A DNA stretch of 63,522 nucleotides, counting the filler, from Hyphochytrium catenoides (Eukaryota; Protista; Hyphochytriomycota), in assembly GCA_900088475.1 (NCBI GenBank). It is 15 parts of 15 records of this genome, joined end to end, with 100 filler letters (N's around TTAATTAATTAA, not from the genome) between each part and the next. Parts side by side here need not be neighbours in the genome. Positions count along the whole stretch, not along the records: positions 17,867 to 34,790 come from FLMG01000738.1; 14 more parts are not named here. One strand, written 5' to 3'. A program made the position numbers and the translations under genes. Position 1 is the first letter of the stretch. Each line of letters begins with the position of its first letter. Below, piece after piece: positions 21,030-34,413 of the stretch. Under the pieces are notes generated by a model. It was not told the origin of the DNA. It saw only the letters and a list, made by a program, of their open reading frames with translations, and made no database searches.

Positions 21030-24000
21030 TCAAGGTGCCAACATACAGCTGGGTGCCAGTAGAGGTGCCGGCCCTAGATGCCAGTTCAGGTACCACCCTA
21101 GAAGCCAGCTTCAGTCTGCCATCTAGGTGCCAGTTAGCAGAACCTGAATTCCAGCCTTAGGAGCCGCCTGCGTACTAGCTCTGTAAAGTACGTAATGATG
21201 CGGGTCACGGGTAACCCTAAGCACCCTAGCTTCTAGCTACCAGAGGCGTCCGATGAGGAAGGAACCTAGTAGTTTTCAGCTGAGTGCCTGCTTCGGGAAT
21301 TGCCTTTATGCAGGTGCCGCCTAGATACCAGCTCTGCGGCGCAGTTTTGATGCGAGGAGACATAGGTGCCACGCTAGTAGCTTCCATAATAGGGGCCGGG
21401 GCCAACCTAGAAACCACCTAGAAAGCACCAACCCGGCGTCATAAACCTCATGTGCCAGGCTAGGTGCCCGTCTTTGTGCAGTTCTTGATCCCAGCACCCA
21501 GCAGACTTGTTGCAAGCCTGGAAGTGGCAGCGTACGTGCCCGCATGGGTGCCAACGTAGATACTACCTTGCATGAGTAACATTGGTATCAGTCTAGGGCC
21601 AACGTTAGAAGTCACACATTTACATTACTTTAGGTCATTAAACCCGACGCTGAGAGCCTACGTGCCAGTTGTCACCCTGAACGCGCGCGCATTTTTTAGC
21701 TTATGGTGCCAGCTTACATTTTAGCCTTCGTTGCCGCCCTAAGGACACGGATAAGGAGGTCCGAGGTACGCGTAGGTACCCGCCGAAAGGTGCTATTCCT
21801 GGTGGGGCCATTTGAGGTCTCCACCTTAGGTGTAAACATATTGCGAGCCCTGCTGCCAGCCTAGATGATGATATTCCTTTTCACCTAGTTAGGTGGAAGC
21901 CTAGTAGGTGCCAGCCTGAGTTGCCATCAAAGTCGTCAGGATAAGATATGACCTGCTAGTCTTTGTGCCAGTCTACTTGCCAGGATGCAAGCCTTATTTG
22001 CCTGGCTAAACACCATCTAGAAATATTACCGCATTCCTATAGACATCCACGCCCTCCTCTATATATTATCGCCCTCCTCCTCCGTGGCGCAACCCTAGGT
22101 GGGTAGACGTGATTGCCAGTTTAGTCCATTCGGCTGCAAACTGCTAGTAGCCTAGATGCCACCAATTAGCCTTTACCCGCCTCAGAAGCCGACAACGGCG
22201 TCCGCCTAAAGCTTGATAACCTAGCCTCAATCCTAGGAGCCCTTCTAGCGACGGCCAGCTTCATGCCAGCCTTGGGGCCAGGTTTACGAGCCGGGCTATT
22301 AATCCTATGTGCACCACAGGTACCACTTTCATGGCCAACCTAAAGTGCCACCTCCGTAGGCCACGACCTTAGTGGGTCCCGGCCCTATAAGAAGCGCAAC
22401 CCACGACAAGAAAGGCTTCGTCGAGTCCGTTAGTCCTGTTCTTAGCTTAGCTGGTCAGACCCCGGTGGAGGCAAAAGCCAGAAGGAGACATCGCGGAAAC
22501 TAGTCAAATGCGACTCTTCCTTCAGAGAGAGTGTTTTAGCCAGCAGGTAAATAGAGAAACCTAAAACAGCAAGGGCAATGTATCTTAGAAAATAAAGAGA
22601 GAAGAAAGAAGGCATAAGGGGCGCAGAGAAAGAATAGGTCGTAAGACTACTCGAGGACAGCACAGACAAAAGAGAAGAGGAAAAGGAGTCCTTCACTGCA
22701 AGTGCCGGGACTATTCGCCCCGCGCTTGGCTAGAGTTGAAGGCTGCCTTTCAGTCTTGAGTGCTGTGCCCGATACAGCTGCCAGTTGACTCTGATCTTAT
22801 GGCCAAGTATGCACTAGAGATTGAACGAAACGACGGCTAGCAAGTAGAACACCCAGATGAACAAGGTGCTAGCTGTTCTAATAAACTCTGTATAACCTCC
22901 TCTACAAGCGTAAATACCAGCCTGCTGTGTGCTCGGCGTTAGCCAGACTAGGTGCGAGGTTCAATAGCAACCGGAGAGTAGCAACCTAGGTGCCGTAGGT
23001 TGGAATTCTATCTGTCAGGGGAGGTACTATCTTCAGGTGCCATACCTACTAGCCGCCATGTTAGGTTGCTAGGGTTAGGTATAGTTGCCCTAGTTGTTGG
23101 TGCCAGCCTGGTTGCGGGGTAGGCGTCAACCCACAGGGGGACCATCCTAGGTGCCAGCCTTTGATGCCATCTCCTGGGCTGGGTAAACTATGGAGGTACT
23201 GCTAGCCCACGGCGCCAGGTTAGGTGCAGACTCTTACGTGCTGGCCTAGGGTGCCATAGGTCTCCTTAGCGCCAGTCATGGTGGCCAGCGAAGGTGCAGC
23301 CTAGGTTACAGCGTAGATACCAGCCTACGACGTAAGAGCCTAGGTGGCAGCCATAACGTGCCAGCAGCTTCGAGTTGTCAGCCTTGGATGGGAAGACGCC
23401 ATCGTAGGTGTCAAGCTAGGTACGCCTTGGAGTTGCTTTTGATGCCAGCCTTAGTAAGTGTCATCCTAGCTAGCAGCATATGTCTCAGTCCCGATATCAG
23501 TGTAAATCGGTACCAGCCTAGGAGGCCGCTTAGGTGCATGGTTTGTGCCAGCCGTAGTTGACCACTTATATACCACCCCAAGGTGGTGCCCAGCAGCTTA
23601 GATCCCAGGCAGACAATCAAATGCAGCTTAACTGGTCTTTTTGGTGTCTGCCTTGGTGCCAGGATAGGTGGCCGTCTAGGTAAGTGTATGTACCCATCTA
23701 TTATTCTTACGGCCGGCTTTTGGACCAACGTAATAGGTACCAGCATTATTGGTGGCCTGCTGATGTAGTTATAATGGGGATCTGGTGATCCTCGTTTTTT
23801 TAGAGTCAATTTGCCTCGGTGTCGGCCCAGGTGCCACCCTTAAGACCACACTTAGTTGCTGGCGTGCTTAGGTCATACACCCTAACGCTAAGCGGCATGT
23901 AGCAGCTTGAAAGAGGCCAGCCCTACGCGAGCACCTAGGGGTTGACATCAAGGGTAAGAACCAAGTGACCTCCGAAGCCGGCACCGAGTACATCAAGCGC

Positions 24001-24480
24001 AGTCGCTACTACCTAGGCTGCTGGTACCCAAGCCTGGCACGTAGTAGGCTGACACTAAGCCTGGCACTTGGCAAACACACGTAGGTTAGCACCAGCGCAG
24101 GCTCTACTGCCTAGATGGCAGTTACACTGACAACTAAAGCTTGTAAGGAGTATGGCACGTAGGTTTGCACCACGCACCCACGTAGCACTGGTACCTGTCA
24201 GCTAGTTATAGCAAACGTTCGTAGGTTCCAGCAAAGTTTGTTACCAGCTTAGTGGATAATTTAGTTTATTCTCCCTAAAAGTCACCGTAGGTGTCAGTCT
24301 CATGTCGGTCTAGTTACCGCGGTAGCTTGGTCCCAGGCTAGCCATCATTGGTGATTGACCATAGTCATTAAGTAGCGCCGGCCTGGCTGTCAGCCTAGAT
24401 GATGCCAGCCTCAATCTGGTTTCCGGTATAGGTGCCGGATCGGTTCCAGGCTTAGGCCATCCTACTTCTACATACCAGCA
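21030..24480. repeat. Highly degenerate subtelomeric minisatellite, consensus approximately CTAGGTGCCAGC (12 bp)
   Basis: Recurrent (CT)AGGTGCCAG(CC) variants at e.g. ~21050-21135, 21312, 21364, 21460, 21905, 23099, 23147, 23506, 23715 and 24430. No credible ORF. Confidence 0.65.
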
Positions 24481-25957
24481 TTGATGATGGACCGTAACCT
24501 TAGGCAGGACGAACCTGGATGGTCTGATAGATGAGGCATCAGCTCTCAGTGCCGCATCCAGAAGCGAGATGAGGTGGTTAACCCTTAAGCTAAGGTCAGT
24601 GGCGGGTTAGAGGATAGTCCAAAAAAACATTTAATAGTCGTTCTTCCCTGGGCGAAGGAAAAGCCACAAGAGTGACAGGCTAGGTGCTTCCGGTGCTTTT
24701 GGGACGAGAGCCTCCTTGGCATGCACAGAAAGAAGAAGGGACTCTTATCTAGAGCTTGAATACAGGACACCTTGTTGCGTAGAGATGCTGTGTTCCCTGC
24801 TCTTCTACCTGCATGTTGGACCAAAAGGCCGAACGGCCGCCCGTTCCCCAGTAGAATAACCACGTCCTCCCCGCATGCAAGTGTGCTTTCACTGCTGGCC
24901 TTTAGGCTTTCGAGTTGCCAGGTAATGGTCACCTGCTGCCACCACTACGTCATGAAGGAGGAGACAGAAGATAACATTCGCCAGGAGTCAATCCATCAGC
25001 AACAGCAGTGGTCACGCAATGAATAGACATCCGGAACCTCCTCGCAAGCTTTCTCAACGTTCAAACCGATATGCGCCATTCAGTGATGATTCGGCTTCTC
25101 CTCATGAAAAGCATCACTCTGCTTTTCTTTAGGGCGTTCTAAGGTAACTTGAACTTTCCAAGCGACAGAAAGAGCGCGATTCCTGACGCCTAATAATAAT
25201 AAAACTACCGCTTTGTCCTCTGCATTCTCTTTTCTAAAAATCACTTTTCTTCTTGTCTTTGAAAGAAGAATGTCCTTTGATGAACAAACCAGGCCGTTAG
25301 CAGTCTAAGAGGCCGTTTCAAGTTCTTGTTTGTTGTCATTTATTAGGTGGAGCATCCTGTCCGGGATCAATCTGTAGAAATATGACGCTCTATAATCCTG
25401 ATGTCACCCTGCCCAGCTTGCCGTCGCCTCCTCGAGTGCCTTGCCTATGACGAAAGCCAGAAGAAGTACCGGACGAAGAGGAGCTACATTCGCCTTCCCA
25501 TGATGGCTGCTATTGCTCTTCTGAAGAAGGAGGAGAAGAAAGTGGGAAGAGGTTGGTGAGCATCAGGCTGTGTAAGGATTGAATGGACATGTCAGAAGAT
25601 GAAGATCTAAGTGAATGAGGCTACTACCGGAGATCCACCGATGTCGTAGACATCTATCTCTATTGTTGTTTATCCTCTGTCGCTAGTGAAGATCTAACGG
25701 AGGACACCTCCTGGTGCTGGTGGAATCACTCTACTACCTACTAGTCTCCTTACGTGAAGCTTGACCCTTTCGATGAGCCGTGAGAAGACCCTGTGGCTGC
25801 CCATATCAAGTGGGAGACATGCGTAGACGAGAAGAGTCACCCAAACCGTGAGTCCGAGACTCGAGGAGATGGAAGACAGCTTCAACCCACGGATTACTAG
25901 TAGGACAGTGCGTGGTAATGTACCAATGACTTGATGTTAGTACCAGAAGCCTCCACC

Positions 25958-28900
25958 ATGGCAGGAAGAGACGACGAGAATAGTGTGAGAGCGTCCACGG
26001 CTCCATCGCCTGTGGATGCGACGTGGCAACAGTCTCGACGACGTTCCTCAGTTACCTCTGCGGCAGCTGCAAGCAAGTCCAAAACATCTGCCAAGGAGTT
26101 CATTACGTCCAGTTCTGGCGGTATTCCAGAGTACAACGCCCTTCTGGACAAGCACCTCTGTAAGTTCATCTGCTAACTCATCGGTCAGGAAGAGGGACAT
26201 CAGAAGCGTTGGTGACCTCCACTAATCTCTCCTACTCCTCCGTACAATCATTTGCCCCTTCCTCCGCTCTAATTAACGTCACGACAAACGGCAAACAACA
26301 GCTGCAAGAGTAAAGCATAAGCTCAAGGATGAAGCTGTCGTCAATCAATTACAAGCGACCAGATGCATTGCAGTGATCAAGGAACAGGATATGAACGTGA
26401 TAGCGGTTCTTCATGACCAGCCTGGTAGTTCACGCGCAACAGCATTGAATTTCGAGAAAGTGAGTGTCAATCTGTCCTCCCTCGACCTGGCACCTCTTCT
26501 TTGTTATCTTTTGCTGCCCATTAGTATCGGATGTTAACAAATCACCTTGTAGGGAAAGAACGGTGGAGCCCCTATTCCTCTGAATTTGGCGAGTCCCTGC
26601 AATAATCCATCGGTCACGTCCCGGCCAGTATCCTCTTCCAATCGCCAGAGGCATTTCTCAGAAGACATTAAGAGCGAGCACCCGGTGACGGTGCAGAGAC
26701 TGAAGAAGAATAGAGAGATCATCAGCGGAACAGGAACAACAACCGAGAGGGAGCCCAAATATGTGGAGGATTATCCTATGCAACCAGCATGGAGGAGAAG
26801 TCTGGCCAGGTCGCAGACAGAGGCGGTCATGGGTAGATCAAAAGAACATCCACAGAAGGTGGGATATCCCTCGCCTTCGAACGACGATGAGCATCAGATT
26901 GTGTCTAGGGTATCTTATGGATTGAAGACGAAGATTCTATCTTCTGTGGCACCAGCAGGACGCGCTAGTTCCAGTGGTGAGCAACGGAAGAGTCATCCTT
27001 CCCCACGGTCAGCCTCCACTAGCCTGGGATCGATATCTCCTCCGCGACCTAGCGGTATCACATGCCAAGAGATTGCGGCGTTGCTGGATAAGGAGAGTGA
27101 TTACCGGACGAAAATTGAGAAGCTCGCACGTGACCTAAGGAGGCTGGACCGCACCAAGCTTGAGGTTGAAAAGTAAGTAGCGAGGAGGTTTATGAGGAAG
27201 GATCTTCTTCCATGATGCCAATCTTTAACCCCTTCCATGGCAACAACTTACAGTCAAATTAATGAAATGAGACGAAACGGTGTCGGACCACGCGTAGTAG
27301 TAGAGACGGACGAGAGTGCGCGGAAGAAAATAACGGCGTTGGAAAGACAAAAGAATAAGTGCCAAGCGGACTATATGAAAGCCTTAGCAAGGCAGAAGCG
27401 AAGGAAAGCTGCGGTCGACGAAGCGAGACATGAAACGGTAGGCAAATGCTCTTGAACAACGAGTAGTATGCACTGTGCAACAACACTCGCTCTTCTTCCT
27501 CACTGACGCGTCGGATGCTCATGGTGCATACTACCGTGGTAGATTATGGTCAAGAAGGAGCGAGTTGCGCTCATGGAGGACCTAAGGAAACTGACGATCG
27601 AAATCCACGAGAATAGCCAGGTGGTCAAATCACATCGGCAGAACTACAACGCGGTGCTTGCAACGCTGAGAGCTACTGAAGCGGAAGCTGAGAGAGATTT
27701 AGTGGCGCGCGTTCAGCAGGTGGTTGCCTCAAGCAAAAGAAACTACTCAGACCGCTGACCGTCGTTATGCTCACTTTGCAGATGCCAGAGATTGAGGCGT
27801 CGAAATCTCTTGACATTGCTGGGGCGATAAGCGAGATCAACGAAAGAGTTAAAGCACGAACAGAAGCCATACTTGAGAAACATATGGAGGTGAGTGCGTA
27901 ATACTAGAAGAAGCAGATATGAGTAGGGAAAATGGGTGCAGCGACTTCCTGGGCACGTTTGACAACAATTGGAACTCTGTAGGCCAAAGGGAAAATGACG
28001 CGAGGACTTTTCCACAACATTATAGGCAAGCACAAGCTCCAGGTTGAGGAAGAGAAGTTAGAGAATTTCCAGGTACGGCAAGTTATGTTATGCTTTGGCT
28101 CACGTTCCGTCCTCGGTGCGCTTGTTCTCTACTGAATCTCTGACCTTCACTACTGTCTATGATATGGACAGAGGATCTTCAACGAGATCAAGGTGGCGTG
28201 TAATCGGGATGACATCACGCTGGAAGAGTTTGCCGAAGAGTTTGTTACGACTGAGCGCAGGGTAACCAAATGCTTCAAAGTCGCATTCACGACGTATCAC
28301 TGCTTGGCTTTCTTACTTTCTTATTTCATTGATGGATGTATGGGTGGTGAGGCCTCCCCCCATAAGGTTACACTGACACCGCCCCCAGTGGGAGTCCTGC
28401 ACCTTAGGCCTTACTATTATAGAATTGATGGTTTGTTTTCCTTGTCATTGGTTCGCGCTGACACGATTCCTTGAAGTTGATCAGCTTGCACGGTCAAGTC
28501 CTGGCGACAGAGCAAGAGAAGAGGGCGCTGCAAGAGGACGTACGCCTAAAAGAGGTACCTAACGGCTCTCTTCTTGTCCTTAAAGCGCTGTCGCCACTAA
28601 CCAGTGTTCTTTGACAAAGGATGAGCTTCGGCAGCGGCTGAGGGACGCACAACAACAGAATATGGACAAGAATGTGGCCTCGAACGAGGTGGCAAAGGCG
28701 ACTCAGGACCAGCTTTCCGAGGCTTCACGACAGCTTGAGGAGTAAGTCTACCCTTTATGAACGTGTTCTTCATCGCCGTTCTCCCAGCAAAAATGGACAC
28801 GACCGCGCAGTGTCTGAAATGAGCTTTACGGGCCTTGAATGTTTCCGTCGATGCTCACTGAACCTTCCCCGACTGCGGGTATTGGCGATCAACCAAATAA

Positions 28901-29984
28901 TCTCTGCGTCTTAGGTGCCAAAAGGAGCAAAGCGACCTGAAAGAGGAGCTAGCCTCTCTTCGTCGACCACTTTTTCGATTAGCAGAACTATTGTTACGCC
29001 GTCCGAAAACCAATGCTCGCAACAAAGAAGTAAAAAAGACTATCTTGGCGACGGGAAAGAAGAGCTCCATTCTGGAAGACTATCTCGAGCCTGTCCGAGG
29101 CAGTCCGATAGGTTCTGTTAAGCACAGAGATGAAAGTCTGCTGCAAGATGCCTCTGTGCAAGAGCTACTCGGTAAGGCATGAAAGTCTCCTCTGTAGTGT
29201 AGACCTAGAAGGGCAGTTTTTGCCTTTTCCCCCCGAACGAGTAAGCTCTAACGCTTGATGAAGGGATCGTACAAGAACAGATTCACAAGTTTGCAGTGGT
29301 AGCAAACATCGTAAGCAAGGCCACTAATCAGCATGTGAATGACTTGGATAAGAGCGCAGCCATGGGTCGAAAGGTTTCGCTCGCGGTAGACAGTGATAAA
29401 AGGCTAAACCGACTTAAGTTCTCGGTAAGTGCCTCGCAGTTCTTGCTAAAATTGATGATGAGATGCGACGTGAAATGATGAGGCCAAGCTGCTCCCCATC
29501 ATACTGGCCATTCTGCCCCCTTCTCTTCCTAGTTCTTTTGCTTCAGCTTCACATTTTCTTACTTGGATACATGCAGCCCCTGCTGCGGTCTCCCTTGAAA
29601 GTGGGTCCTGCTATGCCACTCTCAAGCAAGGCTGGATCCTCAATGCTGGTAGGTCACACAACGGGAACTAGCTTTTCGTGTTTGACCTCTGTCTCTCCTC
29701 CCGCTAATGCACGACTACCCCTTGGTCCTTTTTAGCCCCAGAACATACTCCCCCGGATAGACAGCGCCAATGCCATCAACGGCCCTTACCCCTTTTCATT
29801 GGGAGAGGAAGGGCATGATGATGACGACGAAGTAATCCCTGTTGATCTGCAGGAGCTACATAGTCACGTCTTGAACCCACTCGTAGCTGTCACTGCGACG
29901 GCCCAGAGGCAAGTCAGAGCGGGAAGGGCAAGCATCTCAGTAAATCTGCCCACATTTAGCAAAGGTGGCAATACTAATAAATAG
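25958..29984 (+). CDS. Multi-exon coiled-coil protein, ODA-DC2/CCDC114-CCDC63-like (tentative)
   Basis: CCACCATGG start and a chain of exons separated by short GT-AG introns. Coiled-coil exons at 27100-28560; segments EEEKLENFQ|RIFNEIKVAC..ITLEEFAEEFVTTERR, DASVQELLG|IVQEQIH and C-terminal DDDDEVIPVDLQELH resemble outer-dynein-arm docking complex subunits. Exact exon structure is not fully resolved. Confidence 0.5.
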
Positions 29985-30081
29985 AAGAAGGAGTGGTAAG
30001 CAGTATTCTCATTTGAGCCAGAAGCTATGCATCAACTTACTAATGCCCTGCCTCGTTCTCGGTTCAGCATCTCCGTTGCAA

Positions 30082-31032
30082 TCATCGAAGCCCTTTGCCA
30101 TCGGCATCCCGTCCTATGCTCTGGCGTTGAACGCTGTAGCCGTAAACGGGCATGCTCTCTCCTGAAGAACCTCTACAAATCCAATTTGGACTCCACTCTT
30201 TGATTCTGAACTGCACAGAGTGCAAGAAATAGAGCCATTAGTCAAGTTATGAAGGCATTTGCTTGCACCTGTTGCTCACTTACTCCCAATGAAATCACCT
30301 TGGCAGTCGGCGACAACTGCTCCATGAGCAGGCCTTTGATAGATTCCAGCATCTGCAGGCCAGAGCGACGCAAATAAAGATTTAAGGGATACTTCCAAGC
30401 GGTTATTACTGTCCTCTCACAAACTGCTACCGTACCTTGGGAAAGATGTAGACAATAACCACCGTGGCACTTCTAATATCAGCTTCGTATATATCCTGAA
30501 GATGGACCTTCACCAGTGCATCGACCTTAGCAAAGGTGAAGGGGATTTAGCCTCTTATGCAGAAAGTGAAATGGAGGATGAAGTACGCAGAACCCTACCC
30601 CGGCCTCTTCGGCTTTCTTCCTCGCCATACATACGAGCTCCCCATCTATCTCATACCCCAAGCAGGAACACCCGAAACGCTTGGCCGCCTCTATCAACCA
30701 GCGCCCATCGCCGCACCCTAGGTCAATCAAGACATCATGTGCAGATAGATCGAGCCTGTCAAGAGTGCTAAGCAAGTGAGGGTCAGTGCATGTATGTTGT
30801 TTCTTAAACGGTCAGTAGTGCTAACGAGCAAATAGATGAGGAGATTAGGATATAAGATAACCTCTCACCTTGAAATTCTGGCAGGATCGGCTGGGCTGAA
30901 CGGTGCAGAGTTATTAGCATCGTAGAGTTGAGACTTTTCTTCTTTGGACTTGGCTACTAGCTTTCTCAGTAAGCTTCGCTTTCTCTCCCGAAGGCTCCCA
31001 CCGGCAAATCTGTCCTCCTCCCTTTGAATCAT
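30082..31032 (-). CDS. Class I SAM-dependent methyltransferase (FAM173/ATPSCKMT-like), spliced
   Basis: APFSPAD, then DVLIDLGCGDGRWLIEAAKRFGCSCLGYEID (motif I and post-I), LQDIYEADIRSATVVIVYIFP, and FRIKEWSP. ATG at 31032, TGA at 30082. Confidence 0.85.
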
Positions 31033-32104
31033 GACTTGACATAAACCCTTAGGAGAACTAACATTCTATTTGTCAAGCAGTGTCCACAACGCCACTAGTC
31101 AGCAGATAAAAGCCAAGCCGGCGCCTCTTAGCCTTAAGTTGTTGCAACGACGGACCCCATAGGACTATGGGCAGAGGAGGAGTGTAGAACCCATGCAAGC
31201 CGAAGAGTTGCTGCCTTAAAGCATGTCCTAAGCCCGCAGCCAATGTACTATTAGTCTCGCGACAGGGGAAGCTTAGGTGCTGTGTAGGAACGCCTCCGTG
31301 CTGCTTGCTGCTGCTGCTGCTACAGGTAGCTGCTTGCTGGTGCAGACTCAGTGCTCCGCTGTCGGTCTGGGGCGGGAAGTGGTATGTTGATGATGATACG
31401 AAGGATGTCAAAAGAGAAGAGGAGGAAGGAGAAGGGTTAAAAGAGTTACAAGTAAGAGGCAGGCTCCATGTTCTAGTGCCGCTAACGGCTCATACTCTAA
31501 TTCGCTAAATTTTACGATTTTAGACCGTAGTTCGCAGGTCTTACCAATTTCACACCGTAGCCGTTTTATCTGTTGTCTCAGCAGACTGAAGCGACGTTTT
31601 GGTTGAAGAAGGAGGAAAAAGGGGGGGGGAGGGGCCGGGCGCAGACTGGACCATCACACTCTGTCTTAGTACAACCTTTGATCTCTGGAGGAGAGATCTC
31701 CTGGCCCCTTCCTGATCATTTCCTTGCTGCACATCGACAGGAGGGCCATCATGTTCTTCGTTGTAGGGCACTAGGAACGACTCCTCCGCCCTTTGTTAGG
31801 GGCCTCCATCCCCCAGCTCTTCTCCTTGTTGCACCTTGGGCTCAGCTAATATGACGTATAGGATCCTACATAGACGGCCAGAGGCGCTGGGGTCTTCGCC
31901 GCCATCAAACCAAGTGCAGCGGCTATTCACCGGGAAAACAAATCGTAACGCATCAATTCTTCTTCTTCTTACGCATCCAGGACGATGATAGTAGTTGGTA
32001 GGGAGACAAGAGATTCCTTGGTCCTGATGTGGTTGACCGCTGGGTTCGCGGTTGTTCTGGGCTATTAGGTATAGAAAGACAAAGTGCGTTGGCGGACTGG
32101 AGAC

Positions 32105-34413
32105 ATGGCAGGAAGGTCTCCCTGGACCCTAGAGGCAGCAGCTCTTCACCAACGTGTCAACGTGCTGGAGAGAGAGCTGCTTCTCGCACAACCTATCGAC
32201 AGCCAACTTCAAAAAAGCCTACAGCAACACCGCACCTTAAGAGTTCGCGGACCAGAGAGACGTCCGGAGCAGAGAGTTCAGGACTATGCCGCGGTACGTT
32301 AATGGTGGATTCTTCCTTCATATCAGGCCCGTTCCAATTGGTTAGATCGTCCGTACCGTCATCTCCGGATTTCTGCAAGAGTGTTCCTCTACCTCGGAGA
32401 ACTTCTTTTATTTTCCCCTTTTTATGCTAGTTCTCAATCGCCAACTTTTTCCCCCCAGACCGTGGATCTTCACATGCTTGCTAGCCAGGATGACTTTCAA
32501 CAGGTGACAGACATGCTAACACGGCACAGCGCAGAAGTAGATTCTGCAGACGTAAGTGTTATGAGGCCTGTGCGCCACAATTTTCCCTGTCCTTTCAGCA
32601 CTCATAGAGCAAAGAAAGTGTCAATTTTCCTAACTTCCCTAATGCCTCGCAGGAGGGAGGTCGCACAGCCCTCATGTTCGCAGCGCGATATGTAAGTAGT
32701 GTTACGGCGAGAAGAGATAACCAGGGTTAGTGTGATTATAGTCCTGTGATGAACTCCGTTCTCGCCGCCTATCATCTTGCTTGTCGTCACAGCCTTTCTT
32801 AGCCTGCCACTATGATACCCTAGATGGTGCCTTTCCTAGAGTTCCTTATCAAGGTAGGGCCTGTGGGTAGGCTATTCTTCGTGTACGTAATGATTGGGGA
32901 ACGTTGGCTCTTCTGTCCTTATGGAGTCGGTTCATTAGGATGCAGAAAGGGCTGCGCACGTTCTCCTGAACTTTGGAGCCGTTCCCGACAGTACCGAGGT
33001 ACTCACTATTGCGAAAAGTCCGCTGTGTCTTCCGTCCAACTGCCAGCCAGATTTCCCTTTCCTTTCCGATATATTGTCTCCGCAAAGCCCCATGTTCAGA
33101 CCTGATTCTTTCTGTGGCCTTGCGCACATTTCTAGCATCAGTCATAAGCGCAAGAAGTTAAAGTGCAAAACCCGAATGCACTCACTCGCTCTTTCTTCTC
33201 TCGTTCTCAAGCTCATCCACCAATGGACTCCATTGCATTTCGCGGTGACGGGAGCTAGCCTCCGTGTGGGAGCCCTGCTGATAAGATTTGCAGTCAACCG
33301 CTACCAGGCTGCCTACAATGTGGTAGTAGACAAGAAAGATGTAAGGGACCTCTAAGTCATACGTCGGGCCAGGAGACAGTCGTCTGTGGATACTTATATA
33401 GTCAGCTGACTATCATAGCACGGCGGTGGTGGCCTTTTATTCTGCATTACGACTAAATTACGATGTGTCTGGCGGGTTGATTGAAAGACCGTCCTTCGTG
33501 GGTCCGGCAGCGTAATAAATGGAGGATTGTCTTGGCCGGCCATTAGAGTCGCTATAACAGCTTGTTCAGATCAACTGACCAGGCCGTCCTGCCTCCTACA
33601 TTCCGCAGGTAAACGGAATGACCCCTGTCATGATGGTAAGACCTCTTTGGGGTCAGGAGAAAGGACAAAGGAATCGACTTAGAATTACATCCGTTCTCTA
33701 GGCAGCAGCCCGGAACGAGGCCCAGATGGTTGAACTCCTAGCGACGATAGGAAATGCGGATTTGGATGCCAAGGACGTACGCCTGACTGTCATCGTCCTA
33801 TTTTGTCTGTGGTTTCTCTTTTGCCATGTGTGAGATGTCCGCGATCGTATGCTCTCATTATTTGCCCTCAGCCGCTCATTGAGCTTGGGTTCTGACCACG
33901 CCGCTCTTTGCTATGGCTGACATGTATTTGGTGTACTTCGGAATGCACCATCAACGTCGCGGGCTGTGACCGTGTGCTTCCCAACAGTTTCAGGGTAAGG
34001 AAGGCAAACAACACAAGATGGGAAATAGAAGGGGTGTATGCTCGGGTGTCCTTTCTCAATGTTTCTTCCTCAATAGGGTGGACGGCGTTACATTATTGTG
34101 CGCTAGAGGACAGCTATGAGGCCGCCGAGCGCCTTCTCAAAAATGGAGCTAACTATGACGTACAGAATGAGGTGAGAAGGACCTCGGCAGCATGATATTA
34201 ATAAGCGAGCGAAAGAAGCGCTTCCGGAGGGTAGCGTTATCGTTGTGAGCTTTGTGTGCTGCTGCGTAAGTCCCTGAGGAACTGACAGTGCGGTCCGCGT
34301 AGGACGGTAATACAGCGCTTGAGGTTGCGGATCTACTGGGCCGCGGGCGGACAGCCTCCGTCATATTTACCTTCCAAAGAATGAAGGAAAGAGACTCATC
34401 GAAGCCAACATGA
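32105..34413 (+). CDS. Ankyrin-repeat protein, spliced
   Basis: Small exons encode EGRTALMFAAR, QWTPLHFAVTG, NGMTPVMM|AAARNEAQMVELL, GWTALHYCA..AAERLLKNGANYDVQN and DGNTALEVA. Stop TGA at 34411-34413. Confidence 0.88.

Noticed and set aside
31073-31854. Short ORFs between the methyltransferase and ankyrin genes; also 47956-48659, 41999-42220 and 53100-54150
   Set aside because: May contain exons, but no consistent gene model or recognisable domain could be built.
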